Origin: Camelus dromedarius | Lineage: Eukaryota | NCBI RefSeq assembly: GCF_036321535.1 | Contig: NC_087436.1 | Span: 65,784,001-65,848,000, forward strand | Direction: 5' to 3' | DNA: 64,000 nucleotides | Shown: positions 36,739 through 49,010 of the stretch, piece by piece | How positions within the stretch are numbered: the stretch's first letter is position 1 | How the letters are laid out: each line of letters begins with the position of its first letter | The notes under the pieces: generated by a model | Databases searched by the model: none | Told to the model about the DNA's origin: nothing | What the model saw: only the letters and a program-made list of their open reading frames with translations | Program-made: the position numbers and the translations under genes

Positions 36739-39700
36739 CTAAATAAATCCATATAAATGTTACTTTGAAATAAATCCATAGCAAAGAGAATTCACAATAT
36801 GTTGAGTGCCTATTCTTCTATTCAAGACGATAACATAGTCAAACATAAGAGATAATTTCTATTGATGGAGATGATTATCATAGTTCTTGCATGCCTCCAT
36901 ACATGATGAAAACAGCTGTAGGTTAAAGAGCTTTTAAAATGCATATTTTAACAAACAAGTTAACTCTTGTTCTTAGAACTTCTGGCAAAAATCTTCACAA
37001 AGATTTTGATGAAAAATTTCATAAGGGATGAGACAAAGTTAAATCATTAAAAAGCTACTTCAATATTGATTTCTGTTTTACTAAATTGCATTTATATCAC
37101 AATATTCTAAGGCAAGTAGATCTGATGATGTGAAAGCAAGAACATATGCATTCAACAAATTAATAGTTCTCTTTGTAGTTCACAAATACTCAATAAAAGC
37201 TTTATTTTAAAATGTTTTTACTCCTTTATTCAATCATGTGAACATACATTGAGCTAAAACAATCTAAGTGTTTGATAACAATATACTAGCTTTTGTGAGA
37301 ATACCTTTCAGAAACAAACACAAATAAAAAAAATTGTTATTCGAAGAAACAGATACTCTAGAGAATTAAGATGATTTACACTATTTAAGCAAAATAACAA
37401 TATGAGTTTTGAAAAGTAAATGACTACATCCAGAATATAAATTTTCTTTTTTAAAATGTTTGTTCAGAAAAACATTTGACATTTTTTATCAATTTATGGG
37501 CCTTCAGTTGAGAGTTTTCAAAATAACATTGCATCCAAGGAAACATTAAATAGGAAGATATATCAGAAATGTTGCACAGTCATAAATTTATTTCAGAATT
37601 GGTATTTTTTATCATACTCACCAGGCAGAAAGAATGCTTTAAAGTTTTATTTTGACACTATCACTATTAAAGGCCAAACTATAAATTCTAAATAATTGTC
37701 TTCCAAGTTCTAAGCTCACAACCATTTTCCAAGCTTCATATATCAAAATGTTTTGCATGTCAGTGTCATACTGTGCGATATTTGCATTATCTTATTCACT
37801 TTTGCATTCTCCACTCCATAGTTTTTAGCTATCTCTCTACTTCCTTTTTTATTAGAGCATTTAGTTCAGTATATTGAAAAAATTTAACTTCTAATCCTTT
37901 TAAAAATGTTATATCAAATATGTTCATCCAGGTACTCCAGTATCTATATTAAAAACTTAATTTCTCACATTCTTTCGGCAAAACATTTTATAGTAGAATT
38001 TCTAAAACAGATAAAGATTTAATGTTTTTGTAAAACGCTGATGTGGTAGGCTCAGGACCCTGTGTTATACAACTACAGCAGACTTCTCACGGAGGAGTGT
38101 ATATAACTAGTGGTCTCCGAGCACTGTGGTCCAGAGATTTCTTAGCCCTTAGCTTGTTACATAATTTTCTTCTGCTTTCCTGAACTCTTTCCAGAAAAAA
38201 ATTAATAATCAAAGTATTACATGAACACATTTTCACCTAATCATATTAATCTTCCAAGTAAAGAAAAGAGGACAATTAATACTTAAATTATAGTCTCTAA
38301 TAGTTCAAGAACACAAAAAGGAATTAATTCTCATAGAAACATAAAAAAAAGCACTCCAAATTACAGACACACCAATTTAATAAGTTTGACATGGTCCTCT
38401 ATTTGCTTCAGCTGCAATAAAAATTTAGAATATAGTATAAGGGAGAAAAAAATTGCCTCAAGTACATAAAATATGTTCAATACATAATAAATTAATTGTT
38501 TGCTCTCTGATATATCACTTATCTTCCTCTTTGGGCTTTAAGAGTTCTTTACACAGCTCAATATGTAATCTTCTGGTGATTATGAGACGTGTTCCTGAAT
38601 TTTTACATGGGGGCTAAAAAGACAACAGTGTATCTTAAAAGAAGATTCTAAAGGTCCAAGTCTGAATAGAGTCAATGAAATTATAGGTTATTGAATCTTT
38701 GACCTAGAGCTGAGTTCTTAAACAAACTTAGGTGATAAATGTACATGTTTTACTCACATTTTTGCTGTTCAAATTATGTATAAATTCACACATACACACT
38801 TTCTTTCTTTGAATTTTGTTAATGTGGTTCTATTTTGTGTTGTAACAAAATCAAATTTCTATGTTTATAAAGCTCAAGACAAACCTTAGATTATAACAAT
38901 TACATTCAAATAAATAAAATATGAAAATATTTTGATAATCTTCCAGTCATTTCCAGTACTATTCAACAACATAGAATTTTTTTCTTTAAATTGTTTGCAT
39001 TTTTTCTGAATTCATTAATTCTTGACTAAATGTTATTGGTTTGATTAAGTCTTTTACCTTCTTATATAGGATGTAAAATAAATCTAAAATTTTTGACATA
39101 AGTATAGTGAGACTGTAAACAGAATATATTATTCATCCATTCAATAGTTGTTTATTAGGAGCCTAGTCTGTGACAGACACATTGAACACTACTACCAAAG
39201 AAATTTATTTTTATTAATAGTATGATTTCAAATTATACTATATATGTACATATATATGTGTCTGTGTACGTAATTGTTTTGTTTTTCTAAGTAGAGAAAA
39301 AGTTAAAAATGACTTAAAGTGCAAAAAATCCAAAAAAATGTTAACAAATAGAGTTAAAAATCAACGCTCAGTATAAATAGTATAAATGAAATCAAGTGAA
39401 ATATAATTGAGGCATTTTGGCCCAGCCTTATTATCCAGCCCCCAGTTTTCATCTCATTCACAAATGAGCAGCAGTCCTCTAAGCAACAAAAACAGATTAA
39501 GAGGAGAAAAAAAAAAAAAAAAAAAAAACCTCAGGACTTTGATGCTTACGTTCCTAACAATGCTCACACTGTTTGAGGGTAAACTCTAAAATCATCCCTC
39601 ATAAACATTTGACTCATTGTTAACCTTTGGTAACCAGAAATATTTCTATGATTTTGTTTATGAAATCTGGGGTGTTCTCAGTAGTTCCATCCTCAAATAT

Positions 39701-41099
39701 AATTTAAGCTCTAGAAAGCCAAAGTAAAATAATTTTTCCTGCTAGTCAGGAAATTCCTTAGAATTCAGGTTTTCACCTGACACAAGATAATATTTTGTAT
39801 CTTCCATGGCTGGCTCATCCTGGGATAATTAAAGCTCCAAACTCAGGGCACTGAGCACTGGAATCTACTTAGATGAACTAAGTGATAGAAAAAGTGATAG
39901 AAAAAGAGTAGATCGGTTCTTCTTTTTAGAATGCCATTTGCTGTGTCCGTGAATTCCTTCAGTAACAGGCAATTCACTTTCCTGTTGATAGTAACTTCTA
40001 TAGTTAAACATCAGCCATAATTTCAAACATTTGCTAATTTTGAACTGAATCACCCTGAAGTTTTCATCCATAAGTAATAGTCTTTTAAGTTGACAGAGAA
40101 GTTGAATATCTTAGCCAAGCTAAAGATATCTATTTGAAAACAACTCTCTTATCCCTTCTTTTCTGAAGCATAGTGAGGTCTTTCAATTTTATTATATGAG
40201 CATATTCTGAATTTTCATCAGGGTGGATCAATTATAAATTTTGTTTTATGTCCCTATTAAAGTATGATTCCCAGAACTCTTCATATCAGATAAAATTATA
40301 CTGGAAAACCAAACTGAAGTTAGCATTTCCAAAATTTTGCCTAATTAACTTGGATATTTTTCAACATTCTGATTATATTTTCCTTATTTAAGCATAATAG
40401 AGTTTCCAAAAGCCTATGCAAATTGGCATGTGGATCAGAACAGTAATTTACAAGCCAAAGTGTGAACTTTCATTGAATCATATTTACTTCGATATGAAGA
40501 TGTTGTGCTTTCAGTCCTTCTTTAAGAGAGGGAAAATATTACAAATGTGCATATGAATCTGCTTATTTTGAATGCTGCCTTCCATTAAATGTGACAGGCA
40601 CATTACTTCACTGAATTTTTAATCATCACATGGAGAATTGCTCCGTACATTCTACATCTGTTAGTTTCAGACACTCCAAATCACTAAGCCTGCTAATATG
40701 ATTTGCCTTTATCAGTGTCTGCATCAATAAAACAGCAAATACAGTTTAAACCTGTTCTGAGGGAATATAAGTAAACTTCATCTGTCTTGTATTTCCTGTC
40801 ACATATCACATTCTAATATTAATTCCCTAAACTATACAATTAAAAATATATTTTTCATGCATGTGTCTGAAACATGTCTTGTAACCTACTTGTTAAATAA
40901 AAAATTTTTTTCTAGTGTAATCATGTACCAATCTTAAAATCTGGGTTTAAAAGTGTCATCAACTTGAAATCTTACAAATTTATCTTCAAGTGTTATGAAT
41001 TTATGATCTTACAAATATAAAACTTTAATATCACCATAACTAAAAATTGTTCTTTAGTAAATTGATGGGGGAAATGCCTATTGTTTTCCTCAGTTGCAA

Positions 41100-41440
41100 T
41101 CAGGCAGACATGGAAGCTCAATACTCATTGTTATCTTAGCCTCTTACCATCTCTCACTCAGACCCAGCCAGGAGCTTTCTAAATGGTTTCCCAACTTTAA
41201 GTGTTGCTTTAAATGCATTCATCTTTCTAAAGCACAAAACTTAGCATGTCATGTCCTCACTTAAATGAATCAATAAATTTCTGTCTACTAGAAGACAATA
41301 TCCTGGTATAACAATATGGAACAAGCTACCTTTGACCCATTCCTTTTACTCCCTGCTGTTAACCTGGAATACGAAGGCCATTTTCCATGAGCATAATGCA
41401 TCCTCTGCCTACTTGTCTTTTAATATTTAATTTCAATATT
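41100..41440 (+). mobile_element. L2 fragment
   Basis: accatctctcactcagac...ctaaatggtttcccaact...atctttctaaagcacaaaacttagcatgtcatgtcctcactta. Confidence 0.6.
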
Positions 41441-41510
41441 CTCATTTACTTATTGATCTATGCATATATATGTGTACATATACATATATATACACACACA
41501 TATTATATAT

Positions 41511-41725
41511 ATGTTGACCTTTGAACAATGCAGGTTTTAAGGGAGCTGACCCCTCATGAAGTTAATAATCTGAGTATAACTTTATAGTTGGCCCTCTCTG
41601 TTTGTAGTCCTTATGGGTGGATTCAACAACAGTGGATCATGTGGTACTATAGTACTATTTAGTGAATAAACCTGCATGTAAATGGACCTATGAAATTCAA
41701 GTCCATGTTGTTCAAGGATCAACTG
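41511..41725 (+). mobile_element. MER8 (Tigger-family MITE)
   Basis: Terminal inverted repeats gttgacctttgaacaa ... ttgttcaaggatcaactg, about 215 bp, next to a TA-rich run. The internal sequence matches the recalled MER8 consensus with CpG decay. Confidence 0.85.
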
Positions 41726-43354
41726 GTATTCATATGTATGTGAATATGCAAAAACACACACACACAAAAGAGAGACAGAGAGAATTTTCCAACAGGCCCT
41801 TGACTACTACATAGCATCTACTTTGGCCTTGATCCAATCACTTCCATTACTAGAAACCAAAGTCTGTATTTTCAAAAATAAATATATTCATGTCACTGGA
41901 ATCCTTCAGTGGTTTCCCAACATAGTCATAAAAATAACAAATGCACTGAAAGTTTTTTCACAGTGTGCTCATTATCTACTATTCTTCTAGTTCTCTTATC
42001 TTTTATTCCCCATAACTCTTGAGCCACATATGATGTATTTTATTTCCAAAATGCCTGGGGTGACCATTTGTTCTATTTGCCAATTAAATTCTCATGTTAC
42101 ACCTATTTTGTAATGTTATGTGGTATAGCATTTGACTTAAATGCATTATTTTAATATTGTGTAATATTTTATAATATTTAAATACAATGTTAAATTTTAA
42201 CTAAAAATGCCAAGAAAATTAAAGAATAAGAAAAATATGATATGGATAAATTCTAAGTTTTCTTAGAAACACACTACAGAGACAATGTTCAGAGGTAATA
42301 GTTAAATAATTTAGCTATCCACTAAAGTAATTCATAATTTCAGAAAAGGTCACAGTGCCTGCATCATTATCATCTGACATCAAAATGTCACCCAGCAATA
42401 TTTTGTCCTTTGGCAGATGTCATAAAATGTAGGTACCACCTTGATTTAATTTCAGAGAGTCAATTTAAAGTGCCAAAAGACAGTGAGAAAAATGGGGGAA
42501 ATGTACAGTCTTAATTTAAACACCACAGCAAATGATAGACAAACATGATGTTCTTTAATCATATTATTTAAGTATGTATTATTAAAAAACAAAATCTAAG
42601 ATCCAAGTAAGAGACATGGTGCCTCTTTGTGCAGCTCATAACACAATCAAACATATAAAAACACCAAGAAGGAGAGAATTGCAAAAGAATACACTTTAAA
42701 ACAAAGATTATCTTTCTCTGACAAAGATCCAGAGACTGGTGTTGACAGTGTCATCATTCTGCTGTATCCTGTCAGGGATGAAAAAAGCCAATCAAAGTTT
42801 TCTTAGATAATTTTACAAGTTGACCATCCAGTTATCTGAGGCCATATTTCCATGATGTCAAAGCAAATGAACGAAAATTTCACTACTTAATCATATAAAA
42901 CACTTTATGTTCTTTATTCATATAAAGGAAACTACTACGAATAAATATAGATTTGGAAAAACATTTTACTGTATTTAAATCAAGTAACCTCAATATCCTT
43001 GTTTTGCCACTGTCTAGTTTTTCAACCTTTAGCAGGTCAAACTGACTTCCACTTATGAACTAGAAATCTATTGTGTTCATATTTAATTAATTACATCCTT
43101 TGACAAATTTTAAATCTCAGTTCACCCACAATCATTATATAAATTTCAAGTAATGGTAAAACTCATTCATTCTAATCACTATTGAATCCTCTCATTCATA
43201 TATAAGCTGATGTGTCATAACTGACATTCAATATAATGCCACTTAAAGACGAGTATTTCTGATGAAGTCTCTAGTTTATGTTAACTGAGGCATACACAGC
43301 TGAGAAACTCCAAATTTAGAAAAGCCCCTGTCTATGAAAGATCTGCTAACATAC

Positions 43355-43396
43355 CTGCCAAGCCTCTGTCCCTCAAAAAAACATTGTTTTCATCAT
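43355..43396 (-). CDS. Candidate 42-nt symmetric (phase 1-1) exon
   Basis: Acceptor tttccttacacag|A and donor CAG|gtatgt. The only open frame gives xDENNVFLRDRGLA. No homolog recognised. Confidence 0.25.
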
Positions 43397-44309
43397 CTGT
43401 GTAAGGAAACTAATCTGCCATCTGGCCTGGAATGAGACACTATTTACCAAGGCTATTTACCAAGGCTGTTTATATATCTTTAAATTTGAAAAAATAATCT
43501 CAGACAAAAACTCACAAAATGCTTAGAAATGCCATTGAGAATCCCTCCATCACAACATGTTTAAATTTTAAAAATTAAGAGCTACCTTAAGGTCAATAAA
43601 TAAGTTACTTGCTTTCTTTTATAACATCCTATAATAAAATCAATAATTATTCAAGTGACCACATGTGACAAACACTGTCAAGGCAGCATTTACCAAAACA
43701 ACAAAAAACAAAAAACAAAAAACTGTGATTTTAGTCATATAAGATATAATGAAAACAAATTTTGAAAATAATTCTAGAACCTATAGCATTTGAAAAAGAC
43801 TATTCATGAAGAGTATTTTTGAAAATTGGTAATGGTTATATTATAATTATAATGTTAAGAACAATTTTTCCTTAGAACATTTAGCCTATACATTTAAGTC
43901 TAGCAAAGCACAATAATTAATTTTAAGAAAGATTTGGAGAAAATATTGGTTATTATTTTGACTGTCAAATATTTCTATATTCTAAATATTTGGAGGTTAT
44001 AAAAGATACATGGCCATTTGAGAAAATTACTTAATATCTCAATACCTTGTTACTATCTCATCATCAAATTCTGAAATGTCAAACCAAATTCAAGGGAATC
44101 ATATGTCTTACCTAACACCAAGTTTTACTAATAATTTTAAGAACAAAACAAAATACATGCACGAATATGGCATTTCTTTCTAAATGAGTCTAATTCTTCA
44201 GGTGAAATATCTTAATCGTCCCATTCTCCATAACTAGGAACTGCTTTATTTTCAAAGTGACACACTAACATTTACCTATGTATAAGGAATATGGTTTTCA
44301 GAAGAAGTT

Positions 44310-44970
44310 TCTAAATACTATTCTCTGCTAAAACGTATCAGGGCTCTTTGGAGAGATGAATAATTCTAGCGCTGGGGAAGAAATTTTCCAAGATGAATTT
44401 GGAACATACTGCATCTGAATATAAAGAAATTCTCAAAGCCCATATCAAATGGACACAGATATTAGTTTGAAAGGTTTCCACTGGACAAATCTAGAACAAT
44501 TTGATCACCAGAGTAATAGTTATACAAGGTAATTTATTGAATAAAATAGGATTGCATGAGTCCACAGTGATAGAAATCAGCAAATAAAGAAATTAAGAGA
44601 TACATGAGAGAGAAAGATAGGCTCCTCCTCCCAGGCAGATAACAGTAAATAAATGGAGAAAGTATGATGGAAATAGAAAGTCACCCTATCTGTCACAGGG
44701 ATGATTGATTTCTGGAGTCATTAATAGGTTATACTAAAGTTGATATGTAGAGGCTTGGTGAGTAAAAGATATAGGTATAATTTCAAAATATCTTTTAGTC
44801 AAACACCTGTTACATACAAGGGGAAAGTGGGACTTAATGGTAGAGATGCCTAGTAGAAACTACATCATCACTCTAGGGATATGTCAACATTTTTGTACTG
44901 TAATGTAGTGTGCTCAGAAGAACACATTATCATTGATGTTGCATTCCTGCCAAGAATGCTGAGTCTGGAA
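44310..44970 (+). mobile_element. L1MC-type 3'UTR fragment
   Basis: ctattctctgctaaaacgtatcagggctctttggagagatg...tttgaaaggtttccactggacaaatctagaacaatttga...gcattcctgccaagaatgc. Confidence 0.7.
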
Positions 44971-46339
44971 GAGAGTAAATGTCATCTTACAAAGAAGATT
45001 ATTTCAAAATAAGTTATGAATGAAGGACATTCACTACCCCTGGAGGTCACTCTTTTCTAACAATATTGTCCTTCACAAGCTATTCACTTAAATTAGGTGC
45101 AAGAAACTTTGGAATGTACTCTTTCAGCAGTGCCAATAAATAACCTAGGTGAAATGAAGATGAGAAATACGTTCTGATTCACTAGGTAAAAGACATTAAA
45201 TTAATTTGCATACAAAGTAAATAAGTAGCAGCTCATAAAATCAGCTAATTTTGTAGGATAAGAAAAAATATTTGATTATAAGCCTTTATTAGGCTCTTCA
45301 AGATAAGACATTTTATATCCTTAATAGTTTTTATTGATGCAATACACTGAGAACTATAAAATAATAATTGTTATGAATTTGTTATATAATATTGTTATAA
45401 AATTTTAAAAAAGAAAAAAATACCCCCAATAGCTGTCAACATACTAAATTCCATTTGGGTAGAGGAAATGAACTACAATTGTTGTATTCCTCACTGTATC
45501 ACAAGCTTTGTTTATTTGTATTCAAATTTTTTTTAACTTTTTTTATTGAGTTATAGTCATTTTACAATGTTATGTCAAATTCCAGTGTAGAGCACAATTT
45601 TTCAGTTATACATGAACATACATATATTCTTTGTCACATTTTTTTTCGCTGTGAGCTACCACAAGATCTTGTATATACTTCCCTGTTCTATACAGTATAA
45701 TCTTGTTTATCTATTCTACATTTTAAAATCCCAGTCTGTCCCTTCCCAGCCCCTGCCCCCTTGGCAACCACAAGTTTGTATTCTATGTCTATGAGTATGT
45801 TTCTGTTTTGTATTTATGTTTGTTTATTTTTTTTAGATTCCACATATGAGTGATCCCATATGGTATTTTTCTTTCTCTTTCTGGCTTACTTCACTGGACA
45901 TTCTCCAGGAATATCCATGTTGCTGCAAATGGCGTTATGTTATCGGTTTTTGTGGCTGAATAGTATTCCATTGTATAAATATACTACTTCTTCTTCATCC
46001 AGTCATCTGTTGATGGACATTTAGGCTGTTTCCATGTCTTGGCTATTGTAAACAGTGCTGCTATGAACATTAGGGTGCAGGTGTCATTTTGAAGTAGGGT
46101 CCCTTCTGGATATATGCCCAGGAGCGGGATTCCTGGGTCATATGGTAAGTCTATTCCTAGTCTTTTGAGGAATCTCCATACTGTTTTCCACAGTGGCTTT
46201 CCTTGCTTCCCTCTCCCATTTTTAATAATTTAGATGTCTTCTTTTATAATGTTGTGTTTGTTTTTTTTGTAATTCATGGCAGTTATCACCTTTCCAGTTA
46301 TGAACTTCTCATTTTTGTACCATCCTGCTTCTTTTCTAT

Positions 46340-47238
46340 TTAGAGTAGACCTGTCAATATTTCCTTTAGCATGGGTTTAGTGTTGCTAAACTCTTAGTTT
46401 TTGCAGGTCTGTGAAGCTCTTTATCTTACCTTCTATTCTAAAGGATAGCCTTGCTGGATAGAGTATCCTAGGCTGCATCTTTTTTTCATTCAGGACTTTT
46501 GACTATATCTTGCCACTCCCTTCTGGCCTGTAGTGTTTGTGTAGAGAAATCAGCTGAGAGCCTTATGGGGGTTCCCTTATAACTCACTCTTTGCTTTTCT
46601 CTTGCTGCCTTTAGGATTATTTATTTATCCTTGACTCTGGCCATCTTGATTATGCTATGTCTTGGTGTGGGTCTGTTTGGGTTCTTCCTGTTTGGGACCC
46701 TCTGAGCCTCCTATACTTGTATATCTAATTCCTTCTTTAGGTTTGGGAAGTTTTCAGTCATGATTTCTTCAAATACCTTTTCAATCTCCTTTGTTCTTTC
46801 TTCCCCTTCTGGAACCCCTATTATGCATAGATTGGCATGCTTTATATTATCCCATAGGTCTCTTGTATTGTTTCCATTCATTTTTATTTGTTTTTCTCTC
46901 AGCTGTTCCGATTGGGTGCTTTCTGTTGTCCTGTCTTCTAGGTTACTTATTCGTTCCTCTGCATTATCTAGCCTGCTTTGTACAGCCTTTAGGTCAGCTC
47001 TCATCTCAGCAAATGAGTTTCCTAATTCTACTTGGTTCTTTATAGCTCCTATTTCATTTTTGACATATTTTATATCTCTAAACACTATTTCTTTTAGTTC
47101 CTTCAGTACTTTGGTCACTCCTTTTTTGAAATCTTGATCTAGTAGGCCAGCAATGTCTATTTCCTTGATCGTGCTTTCAGGGGATTTCTCTTGATCTTTT
47201 AATTGGGAGTGGTCCCTCTGCTTCTTCATATTGCTCAT
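46340..47238 (-). pseudogene. L1 ORF1p, inactivated
   Basis: MSNMKKQRDHSQLKDQEKSPE...RLDNAEERISNLED...LWDNIKHANLCIIGVPEGEE...FEEIMTENFPNL...DIQV* (TAG where Q is expected). It continues EAQRVP...PTPRHSIIKM..DK*IILKAAREK...IRLSADFS...QARREW, then frameshifts, ending ...KEILTGLL* at ~46340. Confidence 0.92.
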
Positions 47239-48437
47239 ATCTCTCTGGCACAGTGGCTTAAGGAGTATCAGTTATCTATTGTGGTCCTTAAGGAGTTTTT
47301 TTATTTATCCATCTGAAGCCTATGCAGGAATAAAACTGGTGGGCGGACAGGTAACTTCCCCTCCTGATGCCGCAGTCAGATGCTGCACTAGGGCAAGGCA
47401 GGTGGGCAGATTGTGTCCCCTCCCAGCACCATGGTCAGGTGCTGCGTTCCTGCCAGGAAGGTGGGTTGCTGCCCACCCTCTCCCAGCACCGATCGCTCCG
47501 CTGCTCTGTGCAGCTGCCTGCTCCACCTCAGATCGGCGCTCCAAAGGCGGGCTCAGGGAAGACCACAGAACAGCCCCGCCCCTGCTCTGTGCCAAATCTC
47601 AGCTCCTTATTTGTCTTGGTAGCGCAAGTTGTCTGAGATCCCAGGGCAGAAAAATCCTACCTGCCTTGGGCTGTAAACAAGTCTCAGTCTGCGTAGGAGG
47701 TTGCAGAGCCCCAGGTGCAGATTCAGGGCTCAGCCTGGCCCCTGCCTGGGCGCTTTGCACAGGACGATATGGCAGCTGTGGCTGCACCTCACCTCTCTTC
47801 TCGTGAGAAGTGCCAGTAATGGCGGTGCAGGTCTGAGGAGTCAAAGGTTATGGCACCCAGGGCACACTAGCCATGTTGTTTTGCTTTTTTTGCAATTTAT
47901 GGGGGACCGAGGTTGTTCTGCTCCATATCCCCTCCCAGCCACGGCACGCAGCACCCTGTAGTCCCCTGGGGCTGCCTCAGTGCAGCTGCCCCAGTCCTCC
48001 GCCTGGCTCGGGCAGCTTGTTCCAGCCCCCGGCTGCCAGCTAACGTATTGGGCTGGGTGTTGCAGGGACCCTCTATGCCCATTTAACTTAGTTCTGTTGG
48101 TCAAGGGGTGCTCGGGGCAGATCTGAGCCTCAGAGGCTCCCCCTCCGTTCTGTTGGCCTCTCTGTTGGAGGGGGGAGACCCAGCTAACGAGCACTATTCC
48201 TCCTTTGCTGCTCCCTTCCCACGGGACAGGTCCCATACTGTTTTGCTTTTTCTTCTTTCTTTTTTCCTTTTCTTCTACCAGATTTTTGGCCTCTGTCTTT
48301 CAAAGAGGGTGATGTTCTGTCAGAGTTCGGCAGGTGCTCTGGTTGGCTGAGTGGGTCCGTAGATGTGAGTTTTGGTGTATTTGTGGGAGATGGTGAGCTA
48401 TGAGCGTCCTTCTACACTGCCATCTTGCTTCTCTGGC
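47239..48437 (-). promoter_or_regulatory. L1 5'UTR internal promoter, GC/CpG-enriched, with YY1-type site
   Basis: The most GC- and CpG-rich segment of the window. AAGATGGC lies at 48419-48426 (minus), close to the element's 5' end, as in other L1 promoters. Confidence 0.7.
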
Positions 48438-48629
48438 TGTATTCAAAATTTTTAAAGTCAAATAATTAATCAACCAGATCTCTTTTCCCCCTTACAATCA
48501 GGTTTTGATCTTGGTGATAAATAAAAAAATATTTAGAGATGCACAGCAGTTGATCCTAAAAAGGTACCATATACACTAATGTGACACAGACTTTCTCAGT
48601 TTATTTTAGCCCACTAAAATTAGGATGAC

Positions 48630-49010
48630 GTAAAAGAAAAAGCAGAGAAACAAGAAGTGGTAGAAGAAAAAAAGAAAGAGGACATGGAAGAGGAAGATAA
48701 AGAGATGCAGAAAGAAAAAAATAAAAGAGGACCAAAAAAAGAAAGTGGAAAATGAAAAGGAGGGGAAAGTACAAAAAGAGTAGATAGTATAAAAAGGAAT
48801 ACAAGAAAGTTAAGCAGGAGAAAAAACAAAAGAAAGAAGAGTGGGGAGTGGAGGAAGGGAAAATGAAGGAGAAAAAGGAAGAGGAAGGCAAATAAAAACA
48901 GAAAAAGATAGGTGTTGAAGGAGGGAAAAAAGCAGTAAACAAGAAAGAAAAGTAGAAAATAATAGAGAAAAAGGAATTAGTGAAAGAAGTTTCACAAAAT
49001 AAAATAAACA
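48630..49010. repeat. Purine-rich (GA/GAA) low-complexity tract
   Basis: About 380 bp of mostly A/G on the plus strand. It generates spurious F/L/S-rich minus-strand ORFs. Confidence 0.85.

Larger units (their letters stand above)
45527..48437 (-). mobile_element. Young 5'-complete L1 lacking most of ORF2 (half-L1/spliced-L1-like), with poly(A) tail and TSD
   Basis: In order on the minus strand: 5' end GCCAGAGAAGCAAGATGGCAG, GC-rich 5'UTR, ORF1, ~140 bp of spacer, then a direct jump at 46197/46196 to the ORF2 C-terminus (PLWKTVWRFLKRLGIDLPYDPGIPLLGIYP), 3'UTR, AATAAA and A tail. TSD TGTATTCAAA(A)TTTTT at ~45517-45531 and 48438-48453, with a TT/AAAA endonuclease site. Confidence 0.92.

Noticed and set aside
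38091..38179. Open minus-strand exon-like segment and a REST-like motif (ccgagcactgtggtccag)
   Set aside because: The acceptor is weak and purine-containing, the donor is mediocre, and the REST match has several core mismatches.
43440..43467. Short tandem duplications (here tatttaccaaggc x2; also ~3040-3065, ~31028-31090, ~39880-39905)
   Set aside because: Ordinary slippage duplications. There is no spacer-repeat array, so they are not CRISPR-like.
47231..48350. Cluster of overlapping 60-191 aa ORFs on both strands (possible ORF0-like antisense protein)
   Set aside because: They lie in the GC-rich L1 5'UTR, where stop codons are rare. No recognisable domain, and nothing supports translation.
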